This document shows, piece after piece, positions 1-10,331 of a DNA stretch of 46,089 nt (positions are counted from its first letter, which is position 1; every line of letters begins with the position of its first letter). Location: positions 1-46,089 of the forward strand of contig JBKHGE010000016.1 of NCBI GenBank assembly GCA_046539845.1. Reading direction: 5' to 3'. Position numbers and translations under genes: made by a program. The stretch is from Desulfonatronovibrionaceae bacterium (GTDB lineage Bacteria > Desulfobacterota > Desulfovibrionia > Desulfovibrionales > Desulfonatronovibrionaceae). A model generated the notes under the pieces. It did not search any database. It was given only the letters and a program-made list of their open reading frames with translations, and was not told the DNA's origin.

Positions 1-13
1 TCAGAACACCTCC

Positions 14-166
14 TTAGGGGATATTTGTGGCGACATGCCATACTCCTAATTTGGTTTCCAAACTAATTGTAACCCGGGCCAGGATCTGTAATAGATGGAC
101 TATTTTTTCTTCAATGACTCCCGCTTTTTTCACATCTTTTGAACCTTCCATTGTTTCCTGATCCAT
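14..166 (-). CDS. Possible small hypothetical protein (50 aa, MDQETMEGSK...VATNIP)
   Basis: Hand-translated ATG(166)..TAA(14), below the ORF-track cutoff. The stop overlaps AAGGAGG, a likely RBS for a gene beyond the window edge. No recognisable motif. Confidence 0.3.
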   Translation of the reverse strand: MDQETMEGSKDVKKAGVIEEKIVHLLQILARVTISLETKLGVWHVATNIP

Positions 167-431
167 CCCAGAATCGCTCAGGGTTTCTTTTGCTGGAAAT
201 TATTATTTTTTATACATTAAATACGCCCCGATGAAACGAAAAAAGTTTTATGGGGTAAAATTTCACCTTAAAATTTTTCTCATTTATTGGGAATATATCA
301 TGATAATCAGGCAGGATAGTCAGATTTGATTTTGTGATGAATATCATGGTATGGACCACACAGCTTTTTCCCACGATCAAAACAATATCTTTATGCAAAG
401 GATAACAAAAAGTTAACCCAGAGAGGATGTA

Positions 432-2468
432 ATGGATAATCTTCTGCGTACTTACGCTCATGTCAGGAACCTGCTCCAGCGCAATGAAAAAAAAGGTGAC
501 GTGGCCCGTGAATTAAAAGGAAATGAGCCTCTTCCTCCGGAATACACATCCCCCTTGTGTCTGAGAGCAACTGATTCGGACAGTTCCGGACCAGCGGACC
601 TGTTGATTAAAAATGCTTCGTTTTTTTCTTTTTCAGATACAAAAAAAAATATAGCGGATATTGCCGTAAAAAATGGAAAGATCAGTTCCGTGGGGCCGGC
701 CGCTGCTGATACAGTGAATACAGAAACAGAAATATTTGATGCCTTGGGAAGCAGCGTGGTTCCCGGTTTTTGTGATTGCCACCTGCATCTTACTGCCGGG
801 TCTGAGCAAGCCCGCGGCTGTAATCTTGAAAGTATAAGTAACTATGATGCGCTGAGTAAAGCTTTGAAAAAATTTATCCAGGCCAACCCGGAAGAAGCTG
901 TGTTTTACGCCTATGGGCTGCACTATACAGACGATCCTATTATTCCATCCCACAAGGCAAGACAGGCGTTGGATGATATTGAGCCAAATAAGCCTGTCTT
1001 CATTTATGCCCATGATCTTCATACCGGATGGGCCAACACAAGTGCTCTTGTGGCAGCCAATCTTATGGATCCGGCACCGCCTTATCCGGAATTACTAAGA
1101 GAGCTTAAACTGGAAAAAAATCTTGTTCTAGATGACAACGGACTACCAAGCGGAGAACTCCGGGAACCTCCCGTTTATTTTCTGGTGGAGGAAGCCCTGC
1201 GGCGTTGCTTTCCCATAACTGTTGAGCAAAAAAAATACCGTCTTGAAAAGGTATGTCACTATCTTGCATCCCAGGGACTTACTTCGGTCCACAATATGGG
1301 TCTGGACCTGCCGGAAGAGGATATTGAGTACCTGATTCTACTCTTGGAACTGGAAGAAGAAGGACGGTTGCCGCTTAATGTGTATAGCTCCTGTTCGGTA
1401 GTCCCTGATAAATATATGCTTGATGATATCAGGCGTGCGGCTGAAGTGCGCGACAATCTGGATATGGCCCGCAGCCACAGGATAACAGCGGGTGAACTAA
1501 GAAGACGCCTGCTTAAGCTTATGAAAAATGCTTTGGAGCTGCGCCAAAACGAAAAAGAAGTTCCATCCTCCAGCAGTATCCGAAGTCAGTTTTCTCATAT
1601 CTTCTCCCATGTTATAACACCCGGGCATGTAGATGAACATGAAAAACGCAGCAATGAACCACGACAAAAAAGCATTAATTATTTGAACTACACAGGAAAG
1701 GTCCGGAGCAATGCCGTTAAGATCTTCATGGACGGAGTTATTGAAAAGGATACTGCCTTTCGCCTGGATCATCACCCTGCCCGGGGTATTCCCGCTTTTT
1801 CCCGGGCTGAGCTGGACAGGGTAATACTTTTCGCGGACCGCCTGGGGCTTCAGGTTGCAGGACATTGTATTGGCAACGGTTCTGTAAATTGTATGCTGAA
1901 TTCAATAGAGGCTGCCCGGCAGGAAAACGCACAGATAGATAAGAAACGCGGAGAAAGAGTGAGACACAGGATCGAGCACATAGAACTTTGCAATTCATAC
2001 GATATCCCCAGGTTTTCCGAGCTGGACGTTATTGCTTCCATGCAGGCTCTGCATGAAAGGCAACCAGTCACCTTATGGCATGAAAAAGTACCGGAAATAG
2101 AATGGCCCACAGCGTTTGCCTGGAGGAGTCTGATCAGTTCCGGTGCCACTCTGGTTTTCGGGAGCGACTGGCCCATTGTGTCCTGCAACTGCCTCAAAGG
2201 CGTAGAACGGGCCGTGAACCGCAAACCCTGGAAACAGGGGATGCCTGACCAACATCTGGAACTTGATGAGGCTTTGTCAGCCTTTACATCCTCTGCAGCA
2301 CGGGCGGAATACGCCGAGGGCGTCAGAGGCATAATTAAGCCTGGAATGCAGGCGGATCTGGTGGTGCTTACAAAAGACCTGGGAGAAGTTCAGGAAAAAT
2401 TTGATGAAGTTAAGGTGTTGCGCACAATCAATAATGGTAAGATTGTTTATTCCTTGTCCGAAAATTGA
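432..2468 (+). CDS. Metal-dependent amidohydrolase, YtcJ / Amidohydro_3 family
   Basis: PGFCDCHLHL (HxH), GWANTSAL, VKIFMDG, GHCIGN, RHRIEHIE, FGSDWPI, PGMQADLVVL; RBS GAGAGGA at 421-427. Confidence 0.9.
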   Translation: MDNLLRTYAHVRNLLQRNEKKGDVARELKGNEPLPPEYTSPLCLRATDSDSSGPADLLIKNASFFSFSDTKKNIADIAVKNGKISSVGPAAADTVNTETEIFDALGSSVVPGFCDCHLHLTAGSEQARGCNLESISNYDALSKALKKFIQANPEEAVFYAYGLHYTDDPIIPSHKARQALDDIEPNKPVFIYAHDLHTGWANTSALVAANLMDPAPPYPELLRELKLEKNLVLDDNGLPSGELREPPVYFLVEEALRRCFPITVEQKKYRLEKVCHYLASQGLTSVHNMGLDLPEEDIEYLILLLELEEEGRLPLNVYSSCSVVPDKYMLDDIRRAAEVRDNLDMARSHRITAGELRRRLLKLMKNALELRQNEKEVPSSSSIRSQFSHIFSHVITPGHVDEHEKRSNEPRQKSINYLNYTGKVRSNAVKIFMDGVIEKDTAFRLDHHPARGIPAFSRAELDRVILFADRLGLQVAGHCIGNGSVNCMLNSIEAARQENAQIDKKRGERVRHRIEHIELCNSYDIPRFSELDVIASMQALHERQPVTLWHEKVPEIEWPTAFAWRSLISSGATLVFGSDWPIVSCNCLKGVERAVNRKPWKQGMPDQHLELDEALSAFTSSAARAEYAEGVRGIIKPGMQADLVVLTKDLGEVQEKFDEVKVLRTINNGKIVYSLSEN

Positions 2469-2520
2469 AGAATCATGTTCCAACACACAACAATGAGACC
2501 TCCTTGGGCTTTGGGACTGA

Positions 2521-2724
2521 ATGCCATGTTCCCAAATTCGTGTCCAAGGAAAGTGTAGCCCGGACCATGAGATTATGATTTCCCCTCTATCCAGACAGGA
2601 ACAGAACAACCCCGGCCCGATCATGACCTTTGAGAACAGACCGATTTTCAAGCCTTCGGAGGAGAAGCATGCCCCGGATCAAAAGTGTCTGCAATGGCAT
2701 CGGAGAAACATCTTCAAAAGATGA
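2521..2724 (+). pseudogene. C-terminal remnant of an HNH (putative restriction) endonuclease
   Basis: PDHEIMISP...FENRPIFKPSEEKHAPDQKCLQWHRRNIFKR* resembles the tail of HNH-type putative restriction endonucleases (..VSP....LP.....P....L.WHR..IF). No HNH core upstream. Confidence 0.5.
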
Positions 2725-3046
2725 AACATCCTCCTAAATCGAATGACTTTAATTCAGCTGCTATCGCTCTGTGTCACGGAACATAAAATAATCCCTTTCA
2801 AAAAGACGAATCTAGATGCCCCAGCAAAAAATGTCTGGAGGCCAAAAGGACAGAGTAGAAAAAATCAGCTGGCGAAATCCCTTTCTTGGTGAAAACAGCA
2901 AAACCAGTGCCCAATGGTAACCTATCACAGGGTTAACTGATCAAGCTGACGTCCGGTTTCCTGGTGCAAGCGGGCCCCACCGCCGCCGGGGATGAGCGGC
3001 ACCCGGTGCCGGACGCCCCATCCCGTGGGTGCTTACGCCCAATGCC

Positions 3047-4504
3047 CTACCGGATAAGGCTCTGATACAGGACATAATACTTATTGATATTGCTCACGTA
3101 GCGTACCGTTTCCTGGCCGATATCCTGCAGGGCCGCAAGCTCCACGTTCCTGAACCATTTGTTCGGATCCAGGCCCATTTCCCCGGCCAGGGCCCGGACC
3201 TGGCGTATCCTAGCCGGGCCGGCATTGTAAGCGGCTAGGGCCAGGCGCACCCTGTCCCGGGGGCGGATGTCCTCCGCGCTGAAATAGCGTTTACGCAGAA
3301 AGTCCAGATACTTCACTCCGGCGTGAATATTGTTTTCCACTTTGTTGATATCCTCAATCCCGACATTCGGATCCCTGGCGGTTAAAGGCTTGATCTGCAT
3401 AATGCCCACCGCCCCGGCATGACTTACTTTCGACTGCTTCAGCCCGGATTCCTGAAAGGCCAAAGCCAGGATGAGCAGCCAGTCAAAATCATACATATCG
3501 GCATATTTGCGGATAATATCCTTGTATTTGTTCAACTTGTCCCATTTTTCCAAATCGGTGGGATCTTTCAAGGCCGCTGTGTTTTCATAATAACGGCGAA
3601 AATAAATATTCCCGAGCAGGGTACCCTGTTTGTGCGTATGCAAATACTGGTTCAGACTTTTTTTGAGTTTGGGGTTGTCCTTGCGAACCATCCAGGCGAT
3701 TTTTGCTCCTTTGCGCAGCTGTATATTTTCATGAACGACAATGTTTTTAAGCACCTCTTTCCAGGCCCCGGCAATGTGACTGTCCGCGACTGTAATATCC
3801 AACGCCCCGGAATTGACCATCTCCAGGATATCTTCCGTCTCCAGCTCTTCGCTTAAGCTGACAATATCCACCGCTTTCCGGTCTTGCTTTCGCAACTCGG
3901 CATTCAGACGCTTCAGACTCTCATAGTAGCTGCTGCTTTCGCGTACCGCGACTTGTCTACCGCTCAAGTCGTAAATATCTTGAATAGAAGAGTTGTCCTT
4001 GTGGGTAACCACCACCTCGGACACACCGCTTAGATACGGGTCAGTGAAATCAACCAGCTTTTGCCTTCGCGGGGTGATGGTCAGTCCGGCGGCGGCTATG
4101 TCCCCGTAACCTTTTTTGAGCCTGGGAATGAGCTCGTCTCTGGCCACGGGGATGAATTCCAGGACAACCTGCAGATCCTTCATGTGGATATCGGAATTGA
4201 GGAACTTTTCGTACCCTTTAAGCAGGGAATACTCATAGCCGACCAGATGGCCGTCGGAGATGAAGAAATTGGTCTGGTTGAGTGTTGTCAGCACCCGGAT
4301 GTACCTTTTCTGTAAAAGGTCGGGCAGATCATCGGTGTAGGACTCGGACATGTGCGCATCCAACGGGAGGCGGTGTGCCCTGTCCGCCTGTTTTTCCTCG
4401 GATTCAGGCGCTTGTGAATAATCGGCTTGGAAATAAAAATATCCGCCCGCAGCCAAAAGAACGACCAGCCCGGCCACGAGACCCAGTGCCCCTTTCTTGT
4501 TCAC
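3047..4504 (-). CDS. mltF: Lytic murein transglycosylase, MltF-like (SBP family 3 domain + SLT domain)
   Basis: N-terminal TM anchor; GDIAAAGLTITPRR solute-binding domain; SLT motifs QESGL (catalytic Glu), GIMQI, AYNAG, ETVRYV; GTG start after GAGGAGGA. Confidence 0.85.
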   Translation of the reverse strand: MNKKGALGLVAGLVVLLAAGGYFYFQADYSQAPESEEKQADRAHRLPLDAHMSESYTDDLPDLLQKRYIRVLTTLNQTNFFISDGHLVGYEYSLLKGYEKFLNSDIHMKDLQVVLEFIPVARDELIPRLKKGYGDIAAAGLTITPRRQKLVDFTDPYLSGVSEVVVTHKDNSSIQDIYDLSGRQVAVRESSSYYESLKRLNAELRKQDRKAVDIVSLSEELETEDILEMVNSGALDITVADSHIAGAWKEVLKNIVVHENIQLRKGAKIAWMVRKDNPKLKKSLNQYLHTHKQGTLLGNIYFRRYYENTAALKDPTDLEKWDKLNKYKDIIRKYADMYDFDWLLILALAFQESGLKQSKVSHAGAVGIMQIKPLTARDPNVGIEDINKVENNIHAGVKYLDFLRKRYFSAEDIRPRDRVRLALAAYNAGPARIRQVRALAGEMGLDPNKWFRNVELAALQDIGQETVRYVSNINKYYVLYQSLIR

Positions 4505-4966
4505 ACTTCCTCCTCAAGCTTTGATTTCTTGCTAGCAAGCCGAAAAGAAAAGTTCAAATCTTATCAATTGACACCCGGGTCACTCCTGGCTCTAACCTGT
4601 TCAAGCATCTGAAATGTCGCAAAAATCAGGAAAAGACGGCGTTTCAAGCATAAAACTCTTATTTTTACTTAAAAAAGGATTCTGAACAGCAGCCGGTTCA
4701 CCGTCGCCGCGAAGATATCCATGTCTCTTCCCGATCCGGTTTTTCTGGACAAAACCCCTATCTGATTTTATAAATTTATAAAGCATAAAAACTTTCTCCC
4801 CCAACGTCTAACATGGAATCCTTCTTTGAACAGGTCTGGGAAAGTTTCTCTCGCCTGCCTCCATTAATCGAATCCAGCCGACACCAGAAAATAGCTCGTC
4901 TGATGCTCGCCGTTCCGCTACAAAAAACCGAGCTGAAAACAAAAACGCAGCCGCGAGGAGGCACTC

Positions 4967-6742
4967 ATGCCTGGATCAAAAAAGCTGCTTTCGAACACTG
5001 AAGGCCGGACAGAGAGGCATGACCAGGGATATGGCGACCTGACCGAATTGAATCGGGACGGGATTATCCTCAAATCCATCGGTCGTGAACTTCTGGAAGA
5101 TTTTGCCCATGATTATCTGGAATTGCTTGGGACCTCCTCCGCCATCTACGAGGCTAACGGCGACTATGCCTTCGGGATTTTTCCCTCGGGATGGTGCCGA
5201 TTAATGGACAGCGCCTCGCGACGTTTATGTGATACCGCAGATAACACCGAAGCGCTCAACTCCGGCCAATGGTTGTGCCATGAGTCCTGCTGGACGGATT
5301 GCGCCAAACTGGCAATTGCCGAAAATACACCCGTGGACATCGCCTGCCACGGCGGCATTCGAATGTACGCGGTTCCGATTTTAGCGCACGGCAATGTCGT
5401 GGGGGCGATCAACTTTGGATACGGCGATCCGCCAAAAGATCCGGAAAAACTGCGAAAGCTGGCTGCGACCTACCATCTTGATTACGAGGATCTGCTTGGC
5501 GAGGCCCGTGCCTACGAGTCCCGCCCGCAATTTATCATTGAGCTGGCCCGAAAACGGCTGCACTCCACAGCCCGGATCATCGGCTCCATGATTGAAACCA
5601 AGCAGGCCGAGATCGCCAACCACGCCAAGTCCGCATTCCTGGCCAACATGTCCCATGAAATCCGCACACCCATTAACGGCATACTGGGAATGATGCAGCT
5701 TTTGCAGAGCACCGAGCTAAAGCAAGAGCAGGAGGAATACGTTAATATGGGGATACTTTCGGCCAACAGGCTGACCAGGCTTTTGTCGGACATCCTGGAT
5801 TTATCCCGTATTGAATCCGGTCAGATGGAAATCCGGGAAGAAAAGGTTGCTATAAAGAAGCTGTATGACGCAGTGGATGAGCTGTTCATGGTTACCAGCC
5901 GGAACAAGAACGTCTCCCTGCAATTCAGACTGGACCCGAATCTGCCTGCGATTATTCTGGGGGACGAAGCCAGGCTGCAGCAGATCCTGGTTAACCTGGT
6001 GGGCAACGCCCTTAAATTCACTGAAAAAGGTCAGATAAGCGTAAACTTGCATCTTCAACACCGCTATGGCAAAGACGTTCGGCTGCTCATAGCTGTTTCG
6101 GATACGGGTATCGGAATGCCGGATGAGAATGTGGATGAACTGTTCCAACCCTTTGTCCAGGCCGAAAATACCTTTACCCGTAAATATCAAGGGGCCGGAC
6201 TGGGTCTGTCCATCGTCAAAAGGCTTGTCCAGATGATGAATGGTAATATGTCTGTAAATAGCACGCCGGGTGAAGGCAGCACTTTCTATATCTCCCTGCC
6301 CCTTGGGGTGGCTGAAGGACCTGAGAAAACTTCCGAAGTACCCGCAACAGAGATGGACAACAGCAAACGCACACTTCGAATCCTCCTGGCTGAGGACGAG
6401 CCTTCCAACCAGCTGCCCATGAGGCTGCTGCTGGAAAAATGCGGACACGAAGTCACCCTGGCCGAAGACGGTCAGCAGGTGCTGGCCATGCTTGCCAGGC
6501 AGGATTTTGACGGTATCCTCATGGATATTAATATGCCGGTCATGGATGGTCTGGAGGCGACCAAAAACATCAGATCAGCCGAAAATCTGGGGGCGAAACA
6601 AGGCATTCCCATCATCGCCCTGACCGCTTACGCCATGGATGGGGACCGAAAACAGTTTCTGGAGGCGGGCATGGATGACTACCTGACCAAGCCGGTGCAA
6701 AAAAAGGATTTGGAACGGATGCTGGCGAAAAATTTCGGGTAG
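4967..6742 (+). CDS. Cytoplasmic hybrid sensor histidine kinase: PocR-type sensor + HisKA + HATPase + REC
   Basis: PocR-like [23 protein letters not shown]-box [33 protein letters not shown]; receiver [27 protein letters not shown]. Confidence 0.9.
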   Translation: MPGSKKLLSNTEGRTERHDQGYGDLTELNRDGIILKSIGRELLEDFAHDYLELLGTSSAIYEANGDYAFGIFPSGWCRLMDSASRRLCDTADNTEALNSGQWLCHESCWTDCAKLAIAENTPVDIACHGGIRMYAVPILAHGNVVGAINFGYGDPPKDPEKLRKLAATYHLDYEDLLGEARAYESRPQFIIELARKRLHSTARIIGSMIETKQAEIANHAKSAFLANMSHEIRTPINGILGMMQLLQSTELKQEQEEYVNMGILSANRLTRLLSDILDLSRIESGQMEIREEKVAIKKLYDAVDELFMVTSRNKNVSLQFRLDPNLPAIILGDEARLQQILVNLVGNALKFTEKGQISVNLHLQHRYGKDVRLLIAVSDTGIGMPDENVDELFQPFVQAENTFTRKYQGAGLGLSIVKRLVQMMNGNMSVNSTPGEGSTFYISLPLGVAEGPEKTSEVPATEMDNSKRTLRILLAEDEPSNQLPMRLLLEKCGHEVTLAEDGQQVLAMLARQDFDGILMDINMPVMDGLEATKNIRSAENLGAKQGIPIIALTAYAMDGDRKQFLEAGMDDYLTKPVQKKDLERMLAKNFG

Positions 6743-6812
6743 TTGGGATCAATTTATTGTGCCTGCTAACGAGGGCTATGCCCGCAACCCAAGCAAAAAC
6801 TATTCACCGCCC

Positions 6813-6843
6813 GCCCGGCACTCAGAATCCCTGAGTGCCGGGC
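6813..6843. terminator. Perfect 13-bp stem-loop downstream of the kinase (possible terminator)
   Basis: GCCCGGCACTCAG-aatcc-CTGAGTGCCGGGC; no clean U-tract. Confidence 0.45.
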
Positions 6844-7240
6844 TCATGGGTGGATTTGGGTCGTGAATTTGTAGGATTTGGGTCGGACCTGGGTAACCAC
6901 CTGATCCAACTGAGTAAAGCCCCCCAGTACAGGGCCTTAATTATCTTTGAATGATACTTTTGAGGATAAAAAGAAGCCTCTAAGCCTCGAGAACAAACTG
7001 TTTTAAAACATTTATGCTGCTTTTAATATGATTGTCAGATCTAACCGCATAAGACACCAACCCCTAAAGCCCCCGGATCTCCCCCCAGGCGATTCAGTGG
7101 CTGGCTCAGAAAAGACTTTAAATACAGGGCGGTAAAGTTGAGACTTTAACCTGCTTTTGAGTTTGCTGTCACCGGCACAAAGCCGCTGCCCGTATAAGCG
7201 TTGGCTGAAAAAATATTTTTGAATTATTCAGGAGGGTACT

Positions 7241-7723
7241 ATGCAGATACTGGTTCTATATTATTCCAAATCAGGTAACACCCAAAAGCTGGCCCAGGCA
7301 GTCGCGCGGGGAGTGGAATCTGTAAACGAAGCCAGGGCGGTACTTAAAAGTACCGCAGAAGTAAGAAAGGAAGATTTTCTCGATTCGAGCGGGATAATTG
7401 CCGGATCGCCGGTTTATTTCGGAGTAATGGCCGCGGATCTGAAGAGGGTGATGGATGATTTCGTCAGCCTGAGAAAGAAGATGGAAGGCAAGGTGGGTGC
7501 TGCCTTTGCCACTTCAGGGGACCCTACAGGAGGAAAGGAAACCACCATGTTCTCCATTATCCAGACCTTGTTGATCTACGGTATGGTTATTGTTGGCGAT
7601 CCCATGAGCGCTACCGGGCATTACGGTACTGCCTGTGAAGGCGCGCCTGATAAAAAGGCAATTGAGAACGGCGCAATGCTTGGCGCCAGAGTGGCGCGAA
7701 CAGCCCTTAAGCTGAGCATTTAA
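7241..7723 (+). CDS. WrbA-like flavodoxin family protein (NAD(P)H-dependent oxidoreductase)
   Basis: YYSKSGNT FMN-phosphate loop, GSPVYFG, GKVGAAFATSG..GGKETT; RBS AGGAGG. Confidence 0.88.
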   Translation: MQILVLYYSKSGNTQKLAQAVARGVESVNEARAVLKSTAEVRKEDFLDSSGIIAGSPVYFGVMAADLKRVMDDFVSLRKKMEGKVGAAFATSGDPTGGKETTMFSIIQTLLIYGMVIVGDPMSATGHYGTACEGAPDKKAIENGAMLGARVARTALKLSI

Positions 7724-7763
7724 CCAAACCAACATTCAACCATTATAGTTAATTGAGAGGACA

Positions 7764-9791
7764 ATGCGCATTTCAATCTTTTGGAAACTATTGGGAATGG
7801 TTGCAGCAAGTGTGTTGCTACTGGGTATATCGGTATTTTTTACTACCAAGCATTTTGTGGCCAATGGATTTGATCAGGAGTCTGCAAAAAACATTGAAAA
7901 CTTCCAGTCGGCCATGAAACATGAAATAAGCGACAAAGAGTCCTATTATCTGGAAGTAGCCGGTCGCGCCGCCAATAACCATCAGCTTGCTTCTGCTGTT
8001 TATTCCGGCAATGCCAAAGAGCTGACCAAATATGCCGAGGAGTTGATGCAGGCCGGAGACATCGATTTCGTAACCTTTACTGACAACCAGGGCGAGGTAA
8101 TCCTCAGAGGGCATTCAGATGTCAACGAAGACACCGTCCTCTCTCAGCAACATGTGAGCAAGGCTATGGAGGGCGAACCCGTTGCCGGAGTTGAAACCCT
8201 TAGTGAGGCAGGCCTGTGCCTGCTAGCCGGGCATCCTGTAAGGATTTTTGACAGAGTCGTAGGAGTCATCACTCTGGGCATGAGCTTTGAATCCAATACA
8301 TTTGTGGATGCCATCCGGGAAAAACTTGGCGTTGAGGCCACCATATTCCAGGGAGATACCAGACTCTCCACGACCATTAGGCGGGATGGACAAAGGGTTG
8401 TGGGGACCGAGATGACCAATACCGAGGTTACCAGGACCGTACTTAGCGAGTCAAAAACTTTTCTGGACCGAAACAAGATTCTTGGCCGCTGGTATGATAC
8501 TGCCTACTGGCCCCTTGTTAATCTGAAGGAAGAAACCGTGGGCATGTATTTTCTGGGAACAGACAGGAAAATAATCGAAAACGCCCAGAATGCGGTCCTT
8601 TTTTCCATCATGTGGGTCACTCTGCTTGTTGGCGCCCTTATGCTTCTGGTTGGTTTTTTCCTGGCCAGGACCCTGGCCGGTCGCATAGTTGCGGCGACAA
8701 CTTTTGCTTCCAGCGTTGCGGATGGAAATCTGGATAAAACCCTGCACATTAAAAGTACAGATGAGACCGGGGTATTGGCCGACTCCCTAAACAAGATGGT
8801 GGCCAATCTGAAAAAGATGATCCAAGAGGGGGAAACTAAGGCTGCTGAAGCAGTGCGTGAGTCGGAGAAAGCAAGGCAGGCCACCAGGGAGGCCAATAAA
8901 GCCAGGGAACAGGCTGAAACGGCCCGGACTGAAGGCCAAACCCAGGCGGCGGATCAGCTTGCAGGCATTGTCGGCAGAGTGGGTTCAGCTTCAGAGGAAT
9001 TGTCCGCCCAGGTGGAACATTCCACCCAGGGCGCGGAAGATCAAAAACACCGGATTACGGAAACAGCCACGGCCATGGAGCAGATGAACGCCACGGTCCT
9101 GGAAGTGGCCAAAAGTGCTGCCAATGCTGCCAGCGGGGCGGACAAAGCCAAAAATGAAGCCGGGGAAGGAGCCAGGATTGTTGAGGAGTCAATCAAATCC
9201 ATCGCCCGGGTCCAGGAAATGTCCTCTTCAGTCAAGGAGAGTCTGGACGGTCTCGGGGACCGGGCCAAACAGATCGACAGCATCATGAATGTCATTGATG
9301 ACATTGCGGATCAGACCAATCTGCTTGCGCTCAACGCCGCCATTGAAGCCGCCCGGGCAGGAGATGCCGGACGGGGCTTTGCCGTGGTTGCCGATGAAGT
9401 GCGCAAACTGGCTGAAAAAACCATGAGCGCCACCAAAGAGGTGGGGGAGTCTATCACCAGCATTCAGCAGGGGGCCAAGGACAATATTCAAGGCATGGAC
9501 CAGGCCGTGCAGGCGGTGGAAGAAGCCACCCAACTGGTTAACAAGTCCGGAGAGGCCCTGGAAAATATCGTCAAACTGTCCCAGGATCTTGCGGATCAGG
9601 TCAGTTCAATCGCCACGGCCACCGAGGAGCAGTCCTCGACCAGTGAACAGGTAAACCAAAGCATTGAGGAAATAAACCGCATCGCCGTTGACACCGCGGA
9701 CGCCATGGGGCAGTCGACCCGGGCCATAAATGAACTGGCCGGACAGGCAGGAGAACTTAAATCTTTGATAGAAAAGATAAAAAACAGTTGA
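7764..9791 (+). CDS. Methyl-accepting chemotaxis protein (Cache sensor, HAMP, MCP signal domain)
   Basis: Two TM helices flank a Cache-like region ([21 protein letters not shown]); HAMP ([13 protein letters not shown]); [20 protein letters not shown]...[16 protein letters not shown]. Confidence 0.95.
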   Translation: MRISIFWKLLGMVAASVLLLGISVFFTTKHFVANGFDQESAKNIENFQSAMKHEISDKESYYLEVAGRAANNHQLASAVYSGNAKELTKYAEELMQAGDIDFVTFTDNQGEVILRGHSDVNEDTVLSQQHVSKAMEGEPVAGVETLSEAGLCLLAGHPVRIFDRVVGVITLGMSFESNTFVDAIREKLGVEATIFQGDTRLSTTIRRDGQRVVGTEMTNTEVTRTVLSESKTFLDRNKILGRWYDTAYWPLVNLKEETVGMYFLGTDRKIIENAQNAVLFSIMWVTLLVGALMLLVGFFLARTLAGRIVAATTFASSVADGNLDKTLHIKSTDETGVLADSLNKMVANLKKMIQEGETKAAEAVRESEKARQATREANKAREQAETARTEGQTQAADQLAGIVGRVGSASEELSAQVEHSTQGAEDQKHRITETATAMEQMNATVLEVAKSAANAASGADKAKNEAGEGARIVEESIKSIARVQEMSSSVKESLDGLGDRAKQIDSIMNVIDDIADQTNLLALNAAIEAARAGDAGRGFAVVADEVRKLAEKTMSATKEVGESITSIQQGAKDNIQGMDQAVQAVEEATQLVNKSGEALENIVKLSQDLADQVSSIATATEEQSSTSEQVNQSIEEINRIAVDTADAMGQSTRAINELAGQAGELKSLIEKIKNS

Positions 9792-10086
9792 TAATCCACC
9801 AGGGACTGGGAGCAATCATTTTTTGGCCGGACACAAAATCCGCGGTTGCACGCATATGCCATTGAGGCGTCTCCCCGGGGACAGTCAGGCTTGGCCTGGA
9901 CAAAGACAGGCCAATGATCGTTTCGTGCCGTACTCAAAACCGAGACCGGGCAGCCTATGAAGAACTTAGTAAAATGGGATCGTTAAATATTTATGTCCTC
10001 CAGGGCGGCCTAAAAGTTTATATCCGCGACAGGCAGGCAAATAATGGGCAATAAAAAACACTCTCGATCCGGATCAGCCGGTATAT

Positions 10087-10262
10087 ATGGACACCCGCCT
10101 GCAGGGGGACACATTCATCGCCATTGGGCTGGGCATCCCGGTCTCGTTTGCCGGCGCCTACCTTGCCAAGCGTCGCTTGGACAGCCTGCCGCAAAAGATA
10201 CTCCGGATATTTATGACCGTGTTTCTGGGCCTGGTGGGTTAAAACTGCTTATCTGGACCTAA
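10087..10262 (+). pseudogene. 3' remnant of a TauE/SafE (TSUP) family membrane transporter
   Basis: Frame from 10087 reads ...GLGIPVSFAGAYLAKRRLDSLPQKILRIFMTVFLGLVG* and continues in the -1 frame as LKLLIWT*. Together these give a typical TSUP C-terminus with a 1-nt frameshift near 10239 and no N-terminus. Confidence 0.55.
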
Positions 10263-10331
10263 AGCAGCGGATTTTCATGCCTGGTTTTAAACACCGCCGG
10301 AATCGGACCAGGAACCGGCGGAGCCAATCCT

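Noticed and set aside
2929..6913. Similar sequences near 2930 (GGGTTAACTGATCAAGCTGA) and 6891 (GGGTAACCACCTGATCCAACTGA) as att sites
   Set aside because: The match is too gapped, and no integrase or tRNA target is present.
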